NCBI GenBank assembly: GCA_046563655.1
Contig: CM102286.1
Location: forward strand, 3,658,001-3,722,000
Reading direction: 5' to 3'
DNA length: 64,000 nt
Source of the DNA: Yuukianura sp. NJ FZ-2021
Lineage: Eukaryota
The first letter of the stretch is position 1. Every line of letters begins with the position of its first letter. Made by a program: the position numbers and the translations under genes. Below, one piece after another: positions 28,128-41,043 of the stretch. The notes under the pieces are model-generated. The model searched no databases, had not been told where the DNA came from, and worked only from the letters and a program-made list of their open reading frames with translations.

Positions 28128-31100
28128 TCAATACTTCCAGATACTCCTCCTTCTCAAACTACAAATTACATTTGTATTTAAATGTTCTTCTTTTTCAAAT
28201 TTTGAAATGTTAGTACTAACTTTTGAAAGTGATTCAACACTCACCTCATTAACAACCCTATGATCGACAACGAGTTTTTGAAGGCGTCGGAGTTGCCCAG
28301 TTTGGCTGGCATAAATAACGCCCTTCCAGCACTCAATGCTGCAGTTGAGGAACTTCAAATGTGTCAGCACTAGTTAAAAAACAGAAACATTTGTTAATAC
28401 ACGCACTGCGACTTTAAAATTATTAATTTATCCATCAAAAATTAAAATTGTGTTTTAAAATATTATGCTTACCCGGAAAATTGCGAAAGGAGTCAACTGA
28501 TTCCGAAGTTTTGCCAGTTTCTAGGAGAGAATTGGTAATCATACTGTGTGAGATGTATTGAGCTCCATTAGTTAGGTGGTTCCAGTGTTTAAGTTGAAGG
28601 TCACGGTCCCAATCAGGTCCAGGAGTGTCGGACTCGGTATAAATGTGCAGTTTCTGGACTTTCGGAAACTGGAAAATCCCTTCTAATGTTTCAGAAACAA
28701 CGCACAATTCAGTAACGTTGGGGAGTACTAATGGCCAATGTTGACGTTCCTGCTCCGTTTTCAAATAGATTTTTGCGAATTTGACATTTGGAAAAATGCA
28801 TCCAGCGAAGATGAATTTATCGGTTGTTCCAGAATAAATGCAGTCGAGCGTCGTGAGAGCTGGGAATTCCACCGGTTGGCGCAAGATGATAGATTCGTGT
28901 GTCAAATATAACTCCAAACATGCAATGTTTGCGAGGGAACGGATAGGAAGTGTAATTGGACCAAAATCATCGGTGCTCTGACATTCCAAAAAAAGTTTGC
29001 GCAGCGATGTCAGCTTTTGAATCCAATTTGAAATAATTTCCATTGTTTGTGATGCACTTCCAGAAGTGGGATCCCGGAACTTTAAGAATAATTCCAAATC
29101 CAGGATTTTGTGTTTTGTTGAAATTGCAACAAAGTTTTCCAGCTCATCCATATTCAAAGCCGGAGACAGAAGACCCATGGCCAACTTTTGAATGAGGACG
29201 GGTCCGTTGATTCTGTAGATCTTGTCTAGGATGTTTAGAACAAAAGCATGGTATCGGTATGGTGAGTCGGACTCGTACATATTACCATCGATTGAAACGT
29301 TCCTCAGATTTGGAGCTTTCTGCAAAAGCTTCAGCAGAAGGGAATCGTCGTATTGGTCCTCAGAATCGTAGAAGACGATGTTGATGGTTTTCAGATGTTT
29401 TAGTACAGGGATTTCCATAGCTTTGGACATTTCCTGTTCCACAATTATTGGGTACTCGATTTCTTCTACATTTTCGAATCTGTCAAATAGGATTTCGATG
29501 TTCTTTAAAACTGGACTGTCGTGCGGCACTCGAGTACGGAAGAAAATCCGAATTCCCCAGGATTTCACAATACTTCCAAATTGGACACAAAACTCCTCCA
29601 ATGGATGCCCGTACGTCGATAGATATCTACTAAATCTAAACTTTTGGAACGGAACGGCCGTTTTCTTTCGTTCAAACACAGAAATAAACTTCACAATGTC
29701 CGAGTCATTCCAAAAGTTCACCTCAAACAACTTTGGTAAGCATGTCGTTGAAAGTTGATTGAACCGGTGGTTCACCAGGCGTAACTTTGGTATTTCTTGT
29801 TTTTCCAAACAACCGATTATTTGAAGCAGAATCTGAAAGAAGAGATTGTTGTTAGTAATCACATAGATTATTTATGTCAAATCAGAGTTCAAGATTCGAT
29901 TTTTTTTTATCTCCAAATCTTGTTTAGGATTTATTTGTAAACTCATCTTACATGTTGAGGCTTTGTTGGAAATTTTTATTTCGCTAGGAATACGTTATTA
30001 TGAATCTTAAAATATTATTGTTATTCAACGGAATGCAGCTCCAAAAAAAAACAGTGGCTTGAAACAAACGTTCAATTATTGGCTTTTGGCTTCAAGCTCG
30101 AAAGTTTAGTTTCGAAATTAACAAATTAGAAATCAAGTTGGCCTTACTTCATTTGGAATGGAATCCACCGTGGCAGTGCAAGACAAACGAGCGGCATCAC
30201 GAAGTGGTTCAACAAATGAACGCGATGTAGCAGACTGATTCTGTACTTCATTGTGATTACTTAACGTTCCTGGAGTAGATGGAAAACGAACCCCACTTCT
30301 TAAAGCAGAAAAACTGATCTCCACAGAGCGCACAGCTTCTTCCAGTTCTAATAAAAAAAAAAGTAATTCAGTCCGCAAAAAATCATACGGAAAATCTGGT
30401 TTTGTTGCTCACTCTTCATATGTGTTTCGTAGTTCCACGGTTTGACGACATCTAGGATGACGTTTGACTTGGCAATGGACTCAGGCTCTTTGCTCTTATT
30501 CTCTGCGCAGGCTTTGAGACGATCTTCTCGAATGTTGGCTGCCACGGCATCCTGCGAACCATTAATCACTAGGGGTCAACCATTTCCTCGCAGAAAATTG
30601 CAGTGGCACTCTCGCACTTGATCAGCTGTTGGTAAAGTGCGAGCGATCGCAGATTTTTTGAGTTCGCCTGTACCCGCCTGTACCCAACAGCCAATCAGGA
30701 GAAGTGCAATTTTCTTTTTCCAACTCAAAAATCTGCGACCCTCAGAGGCTTCTATAAATATCTCTTTCGCACTCTCGCACTCTCGCAGATTTCCAACTGC
30801 CAACTCAAACTGCGATGAAGTGCAAAGAAATGGTAGACCCCTACTATTACAGTCTCAATTCTCCAGCCAATCCTTTTACAAAAAGTATTACCTCTTCTTC
30901 ATCAGATGCAAAAAGATCAACATCTTCATCCTCATCACCAGCACCGTATTTGACAGGAGCAGCTGAAAAAGTAGCAGCACATGCTCCGGATGCCCTGAAA
31001 CTGGCTTTCAATGCTCCGAAGCTCTTGATGTGATTGTACCATCGGAGGACATGAGGATGTGAAGAATCCGGAGTGGATTTGATGCCATCAAACGTTTTGG

Positions 31101-31277
31101 TATCAGCACTGCTCGGAGAATACCTGTTCAGAATCAGCCAGTTGTTAATCGGTTGGAATTCAAGTGCAAAAATTAGCAAATTCTTAATCTAAATTACCCT
31201 TCGACATAGGAGTGGGACTTGAGATGTTCATTGAGTTTAGCCAATCCAGCAGCTGTTGAGACGTCAGCAAACGCCAT
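28128..31277 (-). CDS. Predicted chimeric EF1-beta / F-box (LRR-like) protein, 6 exons, 750 aa
   Basis: Exons 31277-31198, 31123-30892, 30551-30413, 30347-30148, 29832-28473 and 28369-28128 all have GT-AG junctions and matching phases, 2253 nt with no stop. The N-terminal part is EF1-beta (SYVEGYSPSSAD, HVLRWYNHI, DVDLFASDEEE, AKSNVILDVVKPW). The exon 4/5 join forms an F-box (SIPNE|ILLQIIGCL...LRLVNHRF). Confidence 0.7.
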
Positions 31278-31390
31278 GTTCCAGAGGAAATGAAATTAAA
31301 TAAGGCTAGGCTAGATTAATCGGTTTACAATCAATTAATCGACATTCGGTCTTGTACTCGCGTCGCGGGGCGGGAGGGAGGTTAGATGAG

Positions 31391-32134
31391 GGGTCTGACT
31401 ATTCCTCGGAATCCTCGGAATTTTTTTTGAATTCCTCGGAATTTCTTCCCTATGACTTCCCCAGCATTTCCCCGGCTGGGCAACTCGAAATGTTGACTTC
31501 AGGTTGACCTGCGTACATTTTCAAAATTCCAAAGGCCTACGAATTCTTATTTTTCATTTCCCCACACTTCCCCAGCATTTCCCCGGCTGGGGAAGTGACA
31601 GGGAAGAAATTCCGAGGAATTCGAAAAACTCGAAATGTTGACTTCGGGTTGACCTGCGTACATTTTCAAAATTCCAAAGGCCTACGAATTCTTATTTTTC
31701 CTTTCCCCACACTTCCCTAGCACCTTCCCGGCTGGGGAAGTAACGGGGAAGAAATTCCGAGGAATTCGAAAAACTCGAAATGTTGACCTCGGGGTGACCT
31801 GCGCACTTTTTCAAAATTCCAAAGGCCTACGAATTCTTATTTTTCATTTCCCCACACTTCCCCAGCATTTCCCCAGCTGGGGAAGTGATAGGGAAGAAAT
31901 TCCGAGGAATTCGAAAAACTCGAAATGTTGACCCGAGGATTCCTGAGGAATTTTTCAAAATTCCAAAGGCCTACGAATTCTTATTTTTCATTTCCCCACA
32001 CTTCCCCAGCATTTCCCCAGCTGGGGAAGTGATAGGGAAGAAATTCCGAGGAATTCGAAAAAAGAATTCCGAGGATTCCGAGGAATTCAAAAAAATTCCG
32101 AGGATTATGAGGATTCCGAGGAATAGTCAGACCC
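31391..32134. mobile_element. MITE-like TIR element with about four internal 145-bp tandem units
   Basis: Perfect 26-bp TIR GGGTCTGACTATTCCTCGGAATCCTC / GAGGATTCCGAGGAATAGTCAGACCC. Motif AACTCGAAATGTTGAC recurs at 31482, 31627, 31772 and 31917. No TSD seen. Confidence 0.85.
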
Positions 32135-32219
32135 ACTATTTACGGATGTACTGTCTAGGCTGTCTGTGTGTGTTAATTAGTAATTGTTTTGTTATCTTAG
32201 GTCAATTTCCTTGAAGGTC

Positions 32220-34774
32220 ATGTGCATGTCTTTTAACAAGGTTTTAGCGATAGCGAGGAAAGCAAGTACAATTCGCGGATTTTCGAGGAACCACGTCGCA
32301 AATTTCAGAACATCAGCTTCAGCAGTTGTGCTGGCCCATGGGTCGAGTCCTGTTTCGCCGGTTCAAGTGTACGGTTTTTATTTTATTCAAATTATGAAAA
32401 CAATTTAATTATTGTTAGCATTTCCATGTTTTTGTCACTTTTTTGGTGTTTTAGAAATCCAGGGGACGTGGACGGAGCAACGATTTTGGCCCAGTCTTTG
32501 AGAGATCAGGTGACTGGAATCTTGAATAAAGAAACTTTCAGAATCTTATTGTTAGTTATGCTTTAACCAGTAGATTGGTAATTCGGTTCATATTTTATCA
32601 GGGCGTTGAGTATGCATTCGGAGTAGTCGGAATTCCCGTCATAGAAACTTCGTTTGCTCTGCAGAGGGTTGGGATTAAGTACATTGGAATGCGGAATGAA
32701 CAGTCAGCATGCTACGCAGCACAAGCTTACGGATACCTCACTCGGAAACCCACTGTCTGTCTTACCGTTTCTGGCCCTGGGTAACTCAATTTGCACCTCC
32801 GATTTTTCTTGTAGTAACCTTGAGCGATTAATGATGAGTATTGTGATGCTCATGATTTTGATTTTCCTTCCGTAGAATACTCCATGCGCTTGGGGGATTA
32901 GCCAATGCACAATCCAATAGCTGGTAAGTTGGTATGTGCCGCCACATGTTCAGTACTCCATTTCGTTGAACATAACAAAGAGCTGGATCTGTTTCAGGCC
33001 TTTGATAGTAATCAGTGGCTCCTGTGACAGACCATTGGAGCAACTCGGGGCCTTCCAAGAATCCAACCAAGTTGAAGCCGCTAGGAACTTTACAAAGTTC
33101 TCCGCCCGGCCGCCAACGCTCGACACTATCTCTCCATATGTAGCCAAAGCAGTAAGGATGTCTCTGTACGGTCGTCCTGGTGCAAGCTACCTCGATTTTC
33201 CCGGGGACTTGCTGGGCCAAACGACTCCAAAAGAGAAAGCACATTTTTCACCCGCTGTGCCACCACCGCCAGTAGCACTGGCTCCAGAATCCGAAATCGA
33301 ACGTGCCTTAAACTTGCTGCAAGAAGCTGAGCGACCACTGGTAGTCATTGGCAAAGGGGCGGCTTATGGCCGTGCTGAGAAACATATCCAGGACTTCATT
33401 ACCTCTACTGGACTTCCATTTTTACCAACTGCCATGGGGAAGGGCGTAATTCCAGATGACCACTCCAACTGTGTATCTCCTGCTCGATCACTTGCTCTTC
33501 AGAAAGCCGACGTTGTACTATTACTAGGCGCTCGACTGAACTGGATGCTTCACTTCGGTCAACCGCCTCGGTTTAGTCCAAATGTAAAAGTCATTCAGGT
33601 AATTGACGCAAATGTACAATAATAAGCTCCTGGCTAGACTGAACATGTTTACTAAACCGATTTTCTGAAAACATTTTTGGTGAAATCCCGATTCTAGGTG
33701 GATATTGAACCAGAGGAGTTCCACAGCAGCATTCCAACGAATGTGTGTCTACTGGGTGATGTTAACGCAATCGCGGGACAGTTGGCGAAGAGCGCTGCTC
33801 AATCTCGTTGGTCATTTGCAAAGGACAAGGCTTGGTGGAGTGAGATTAATTCCAAAATTGAATCTAATCGGAAAACTGTCAGCGTGAGTTCTACACAATT
33901 TCTGCTTTTAACGTTGATTTTGGTATTACTTTGCGAGATTCCCTGCATTTTTTTTTCTAATTCTAGGCAATGGCAAACGATTCGAGTGTTCCGTTGAATT
34001 ACTACGCCGCTTTAGCATGTATTCATAACAACATTCGACATGACTCCATCATTGTAAATGAAGGTGCTAATACAATGGACATTGGCAGAACTGTTCTACT
34101 GAATCGTCAACCAAGATGTCGACTGGATGCTGGAACATTCGGAACAATGGGAGTTGGTCTTGGATTTGCCACTGCAGCGTCCCTGTTTTGTCAAGATGAA
34201 GGTATCGGAAGGAGTGTCGTCTGCGTTCAAGGGGATTCGGCTTTTGGTTTTGGCGGTATGGAACTTGAAACTCTGTTTCGGTACAAACTTCCTGTTACTG
34301 TTGTGATAATCAATAACAATGGAATTTACGGTGGCATGGATGGCACTGCTTGGGAGGCCGTTCGATCCGAAAAACAACATCTTGCAATTACGTGCGTTTT
34401 AACAAACAAAATTTTATGCTAAAAATCGGAGATCTTTTGTAAATTAACATTTCTGCATTTTCATTTTCTTCGTTTGCAGGACGCCGACTACATTTCTGAC
34501 ACCACAGACAAGGTATGAAAAGATGGCGGAAGTTTGTGGGGGGCGTGGCTTTTATTGCGAAAATTTGGAACAACTTCGTGAAGCCCTAATTGAAGCGAGA
34601 AAGGTGATTGACATTAAATACTACCATACTTTTTTTTTTTGAAAAGTTAATGGATCGATCACGGTGTCTGTTTTATGAATTCAGGAAACCGACAAACCAA
34701 CTGTTTTGAATGTGATGATCAGTCCATCGGCTCAAAGGAAGCAACAAGACTTCTCTTGGCTAACGCGTTCTTAA
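32220..34774 (+). CDS. HACL1: 2-hydroxyacyl-CoA lyase 1, copy 2 (complete)
   Basis: Same exon structure as copy 1 plus the terminal exon 34685-34774 ([29 protein letters not shown]), which matches the HACL1 C-terminus. Confidence 0.92.
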
Positions 34775-36158
34775 CATTACCACGATTGGCGCATAGTCAC
34801 TAAGGTGGTGTCATTCCGATGTGGTAATTTTAAGAAATTCTGGATTTCGATTACTATTTTTTGCCTATGTGGCATACTGTTATGTTACCACACCAAACCC
34901 TACCTTGCAGCACGAAATAATTGACGACGTCAAAAATGAATAAAGAAAATTATGTGGAAGTATTTTCAAGGAAAACCCATCAATTCACGGTTTCATTATG
35001 ATAAGAAATGCATGCATCCTTGCAAATATTTTGTAATTCCCTGGTGTCACAATTTTTTTTAGTTCGTTAATTAAGTACTCAACAAGTAGAGTTTTGGAAA
35101 AAAAAATCAAAAATTCGCGGTTAGCTTCAGAAATTGCTGACGAATTCTTTCCACAATCCAACTTCTCTTTTCAAACGTGCCCTGGTCACAGCTATCTTCA
35201 AAGTTGAATTTTCAGAATGCCTGAAGCTAGGCTTCCATAAAAAATTTTTAAGCCTTCTTTACAGTACCGTAACTCAGTGTTGAAAATACTGCTCAGTTTT
35301 CATATATCTTTCATTCTAATTTTAATTTCTGGATTGAGATTAGAATAACTACTAGTATAATTATTTAATTAAGATTGGGGTAATTAGTACTTTCTAAACT
35401 TAATTGAACTTACAAACTCAGACACAGTTGCCGTCAAGCACAGATTTAGATTCTGGAATTACAAATTAATCACAGTCATACCTATACGTGATTGACCTGA
35501 ACATTTAATTTATTGAGTAGTGAAGCTCCTTATTGCATTTGAGGTTTCTATCTGTCTGTCATGCTCTTATAACTCCAATCCTGGCCCATTTTTTTAATCG
35601 GTTTTACCGACTGTTCCTCCATCTTCCGGACATGTGCAACCCATATACGGTTTGGCCGGAAGTGACCTACTTCCGGAGCAAAAGCCAAACTTATCGCCTT
35701 ATATTTTATGAAACATCAAGTAATTGACTATTGCGTCGATTTTTTTTACTTCTGAAAGAAATCAACCTTGCAAAACTTAATAGAGGTTTCAAGTTATTCG
35801 TGATTGTACATACACGTTAATAAATTACTCCAAATTAAATTGAAACTGTTTTTTTTTAGTTTCAACTTATTTTTTGTAAAAATTTATGCGAAATAGCGTT
35901 AAATTATTAGAACGAGCTCCCAATCCAACTATAAATCTCGGTGATCACTCGCTACTTTGCTACGTCGTTACTATATTAAAGTTTATTGCACTGAAGCACC
36001 AATTAAGTTCAATGAATTGTTAATGTAATTCCAGTGTTAATTTAATTCCAAATAAATAATTTATCAGCAATTACCCGTAAACCTATAATTAATGATCACA
36101 AAACTAAATTTTTCACTAGTTCACACCTAGGCGATTACTTGTTCAAAATTGCATCAAC

Positions 36159-36916
36159 ATGACGCTAACTTCGACGGTTTCTTTCTTTGTGTTACTAATT
36201 ATTTTCCCTTTGATTTCTTCAGCTCCACAGGCAGGAAAACAAAATAAATTCTTGAAATAATTATTTCGTTTTTATCAAACTTTTATTTATTATTATTATT
36301 ATTTCGTTGCAAAAATATTTTGGTTGATTAGATTCACGGGTATTCCATCGGTGGTAATGCTATGCCGGATGCAAATTGGAACGGAGATTTAGAACAAATT
36401 CCCAGAGCTGCTGACACTGACCAGGTAAAGCTATTAGCCGAAATTGCACTTATCCTCTTTACTATTTTGCGACATTTTTTTTTGTTACAAGTTTCAAACG
36501 AAACTTTTAGATTTGTGTAATCCTAGCAGGTTAGGTTATTCTCAACTTTATTAAATGATTTATCAAATCATTAAATTAATAAATTTAGTAATAGTGATAA
36601 ATTAAAGTAAATTATTATACAATTTAGGAAAATGAAATTGAAATATATCCTATATTTTTATTTAAAAAAAATTTAGGAAATAGATGAAATTTTGGCTGAT
36701 AGACCGGCTGGATCGCCAGATCTAAGTGAAATACTCCGCAACCGAGTCAACAGCATTATCAAGGGTTGGCTAAATGCTCCTATTGAAAGTGCAATGCAGG
36801 AACAAAAGAATCGTTTGAACATTATTAATGCTATAAATGTATTGGATGGAATTCTGCGTGGTCCAACTACAACTACAACACCCAAAACTGATGCCGCAGC
36901 AATCATTACCAACTAA
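36159..36916 (+). CDS. Small secreted protein of unknown function, about 134 aa, 3 exons
   Basis: Exons 36159-36230 (signal peptide MTLTSTVSFFVLLIIFPLISSAPQ; needs a GC donor), 36332-36424 and 36677-36916, all phase 0. Thr-rich tail. Confidence 0.55.
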
Positions 36917-37381
36917 AAACTTGTTCCTATATAAATCCATAATCCGGAAAAATTTTGCAAAATAAACCATTGCAAAACTCACCATTTAAAACTTGAATAA
37001 CTGAATGGAATCCCGTACTATTGCCTCGAAAACGTTATAACCTGGGCACTTAAATTAACTTTTTGCATTTTGTATGTTAACTTTATTTTGATCACATCCA
37101 ATCGTAGGGTAAAACTTTTTTTTACTTTAGTGAAAACCTGTTGAGAAAAACGTTGGATGTCGTAAGAGGCATGCGAATGCATGTCTATCGAAGTACTATA
37201 TTTGCTACAGCAGGTAAGTTTTTAGGTAACAAGTTGTTGCTTTAATACAGAATTCAAATTCGCAACGAATCTTGATCAATTCCTAAAATTGTGAGTTGTG
37301 TTCTAAAAACACCCTTAACTTTACTTGCAACAAATTTTGGTTCAAATTGCAATTTTATTGTGAATTCTGGTAAGTGAGAAC

Positions 37382-40300
37382 TCAGCGATTACTATGCATT
37401 TCAAATGATGATGCTCTACTTCTTCTATAAGTAGGGTTCGTAAAGTTCGATGTAGCCTCCTTATACAAAGGATTTACACCCTAAAACAATCAAAATCAGT
37501 AAAAGAATTCAATGTATTTTTTTTAATTTAGAAATGACTTACCGCACTCCACTTTGCTTGTTTGATTTCATTCTTAAATTTTTTCCACTCTTTGAGGTCA
37601 TGGTAGTATGTCACAAATTTCCAAACTATGAGAAGAACCAAACCACCAGCCAAAACTGAACCAACAATTCCAATGACGACCCAAATTATCGGAATTTCTG
37701 CTGGACATCTTGGTTTTCGTTCCACTCGAACTTCAATTTTGTTTCTGTCATGCGCAGCATAGCGGTAAACGTATTTGGTTTCGCATCTGTTATCATCACG
37801 ATATGAACAGGACTTGTCTTCATCTGATTCTTCAACTGTAAATGTCTCCTCAATTTTAGTATTTTTACTGAATTTGATTGTATATTAGTTTCAGACTTAC
37901 AGACTTCCTCCAGGTCCTTGATTTCTGACAAATAGTTGCATTCTTGACAAGGGCGGACATGCCCACTGTGTAATTTTTGGACATAACACCGAATACATCC
38001 GAGGAGACTTGGATCGTCACATTTTCCTGGGCAATTCTGTTGGAACGAATGAAACTAAGTTTTTAAGGCTAAACTAAAGGCGATTTTTGTTTAAATTGTC
38101 GACAATACCGGGCAGTTTTGACAAAGTCTTCCAGTAAAGGGACTCTCGCAGACACATTTACCGCATTTGCAGTATCCTCTGCTACTGCATGTCGATTCCT
38201 CTCCAGGTTCGCGACATTTGTCCTAGTTCAATTAGAAATGTTGATAATTTTTTTTATTGAATCCATAATTTTTTTTTTCGAAATACTTCATCTGTAGAGC
38301 ACTTGCAGGAATCGCCTACAAATCCCGCGCTGCAGACGCACTTTGAACATTTACAAATTCCTTGACCGGAACAGACAAGTCCGTTGTCACCGACTGGACA
38401 ATTGGAGTCGTCACACTCACAGTAAGTCCCCGAGTAAATCTGCAACGAATTCCGAATGACAATGATTTTGAAAATGCAGACTTGGTGTGAAGATTTGAAA
38501 TGTGAAGAATACCTGAACTCCTTGTTGATTTTGGTTACATTGACACTGTCCACAAATACAGCTCCCGCGATTGGAACAAATCGAGGAAGAGTTTCCCATT
38601 TGACATGCGCTGTCATCGATGTCAGTGGAATGACCTCCACCCATCGTTTCTTGTGAACACTGACAGTTTTTCCCAATGTAACCTTCTGCGCATTCGCAGA
38701 CTCCACATCTCGGAGTTCCTCTACCCTCGCACAAGGTGTCGTTTTCTTTGTAGTTCTGAAAATAGGCACATTTGACATTAAAATTTACAGCAATTTTTAA
38801 AAACGACGACGCTTTTAGTCTGGTAAGAAACTTTTATACTTGGTCTACAGCGGATTCACATGGACAGTCGCAGATAAACTCCAAATTTAAAAGTAGCCGC
38901 TCCGCCACCCCCACTGGTGAAATCGTCAGAATTTGGTTCCATTCTTTGCTGTTTTTTGGACACCGGACCAGCTCCACCTCAATTTGAAACCTTTGTAATA
39001 ATTTTTCAAAAATTAAAAAACTACAATTCGAGATTCACAAAAATTTTTGCCAAACTTCATGTCACAATGTCAAAAAAATTTTAGTACGTGGCATTGGCAC
39101 CAATTTTCATGTCGTGACATCTACTACTCTTCAGATAGGGCGAGTCGTTGCTACATTTTGCAAAGTATGTGAGTCTCAAGTACTTTGAAAACTGTGGTGG
39201 CAATTTAGGTAGTTCAACTGAACTGATGATTTTCTGAAATTTCAAATCAAAAGCGTCATGAAAATCCACACTTTACGTAAAATTGCAGTGATACAAAAAA
39301 AATGAAAAAGTTAAGTTACCCGATACTCCTCCTCTACAAGCTCTACGACATTTTCAGAATCATTTTTGAGTGCACGCGTCGCCGAACCTTCAATTCTTCC
39401 TGAAAGCTTTGTGTACAATGGGACATGTTCCTCTGTGACAGCAAATATGACGAATACTTTTTCTGCTTTGACCTTGGCATTGACCTGGGCTATAGACGGA
39501 TAGTCCATTTCGGCCGATTTGGCGTCCAAGGTCCCGTTTTTTGTAATGTGACACAAGCAGTCGTTGGGTTTGAAAATGCCGCCCAGCTGGTGCAATATTC
39601 AAAGGTTAAAATATTTGTAAAATATCTTAAAACTCGATATATCTACGAAGATTACAGAATATGAAATTAGGCTAGACTTTACTTGACTAAAAATTTTTAA
39701 TATTTTTACTTTTGCATCTCCAGCAATATGGAATGGTCCGTCGGTAGAGACGATTAGCAAATGTCTAGCGTTTTTCCGCCATCCAATGGTTTCTTTACAA
39801 ACGACTCCCTGCAGGACAGCATCTAGAACTCCTTCAGGAGCGTCCAGATTTCCAGCAGTTTTCGACTTTTTAACTTCATCCTAAATGGAGCAAAATCGAT
39901 AAATTTATGTTACTCATAATGACAATTTATTAACTAATTTTAATGAATTGGATCGTACTTGGAACCGGTGAATATCGTTTGTAAGTGAAAGGTGATTTTT
40001 AAATCCATACGGAGCTGTCGTCGTGTTTGTGTCTCTTAAAACAAATTTCAAAAATTAGAAGAAAAAATGCCAATTTTTGTATTGTTGCAAATCTTACTCT
40101 TTGCTTAGTTGACTAATTGAAACAAATGGCAAAATTGGTTTTTCAATGAACGATCCAAATCCTATTCGGATGTTGGAAGTCAAGTTGTGGATCCTTTGAG
40201 CCAGTAGTGTACCAAGCGTTGCCACTGTCGACTGTAAACATTTTAGACGTTAATCAATAGGAATTAATTGAAAACTAATTGATGTATACTTTAAAATTAC

Positions 40301-40948
40301 CTTGTCGTCCTCCATCGTTGCTGAAAGGTCCATCATATAGTACAAGTCCAATGGTTTGTTCTCTGTGTCGAGATACTCCATCGTAATGTTAACCACCTCT
40401 CCAACGCGCAATCGCAGTGAAGCGCTTGACGGAGTAATTTTAATTTTAGGCTCTCCGTGTTTTATACCCTCGTCATCATCCGATTCTGCACTGTAGAATG
40501 TAACAGCAACAATTAGAACAATTTTTAAAAATTCTAAATTTTGAATATGTCGCACATATGTAATTGCTTTGTGGGATTTTCCAGAAATTCATCAGTGTCG
40601 CAGATCTTCAACTTCAAATGTTCCTCAATCGTGTTGCATCGTGTGTATTCTCTATGAATGTGGTTCGGCTCGGAGAATTTCTTGGGAAAAAAAAAACAAT
40701 TTTGTTGTTGCAATAGTATTCAGTAAATTTTTGGATTTTTTTTTTCGAACATTCAATAAATCAGAGTTATTACTTACCGGATTCTTACACCAGGCACAAC
40801 CAGCAGTTCGAATACAATCAGTACAGCCCATTAACGATTTGCACTCGCTGTTACTATCATTAAGTGTCGAAATTTGACATAAAGTGTAATAGTAGTTGCA
40901 TGACAAAAACAAAAAGATGTTGAGGATAATACAAGAAACAAAATTCAT
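37382..40948 (-). CDS. Integrin beta subunit, multi-exon
   Basis: Signal peptide, PSI domain (CTDCIRTAGCAWC), MIDAS DLYYMMDLSATMEDD, GNLDAPEGVLDA, Cys-rich I-EGF repeats (CSNRGSCICGQCQC), TM helix, and a tail with NPLY and NPTY motifs. Confidence 0.95.
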
Positions 40949-41043
40949 TTTCGAGATGTTATTTAATTTAAAGAAGCACGATTTAAGCTAAAAACTGACT
41001 TGCAGTTTAACAGCGATGTTAGTATATGTAACTGCTGGCTACA

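Noticed and set aside
29878..29946. Independent first exon for the F-box gene (MSLQINPKQDLEIKKNRILNSDL)
   Set aside because: It hits a stop with no GT donor (AC follows). The exon ending at 30148 has a strong GTAAGG donor and supplies the IPNE F-box start.
30580..30812. CTCTCGCA-rich partial inverted repeats in EF1-beta intron 2
   Set aside because: Possibly a decayed MITE, but no clear TIR pair or TSD could be defined.
31885..32214. 109-aa ORF
   Set aside because: It is a translation of the MITE's internal repeats.
24614..34774. Bacterial horizontal transfer of an oxalyl-CoA decarboxylase or acetolactate synthase-like gene
   Set aside because: The gene has many spliceosomal introns and an animal HACL1-type C-terminus.
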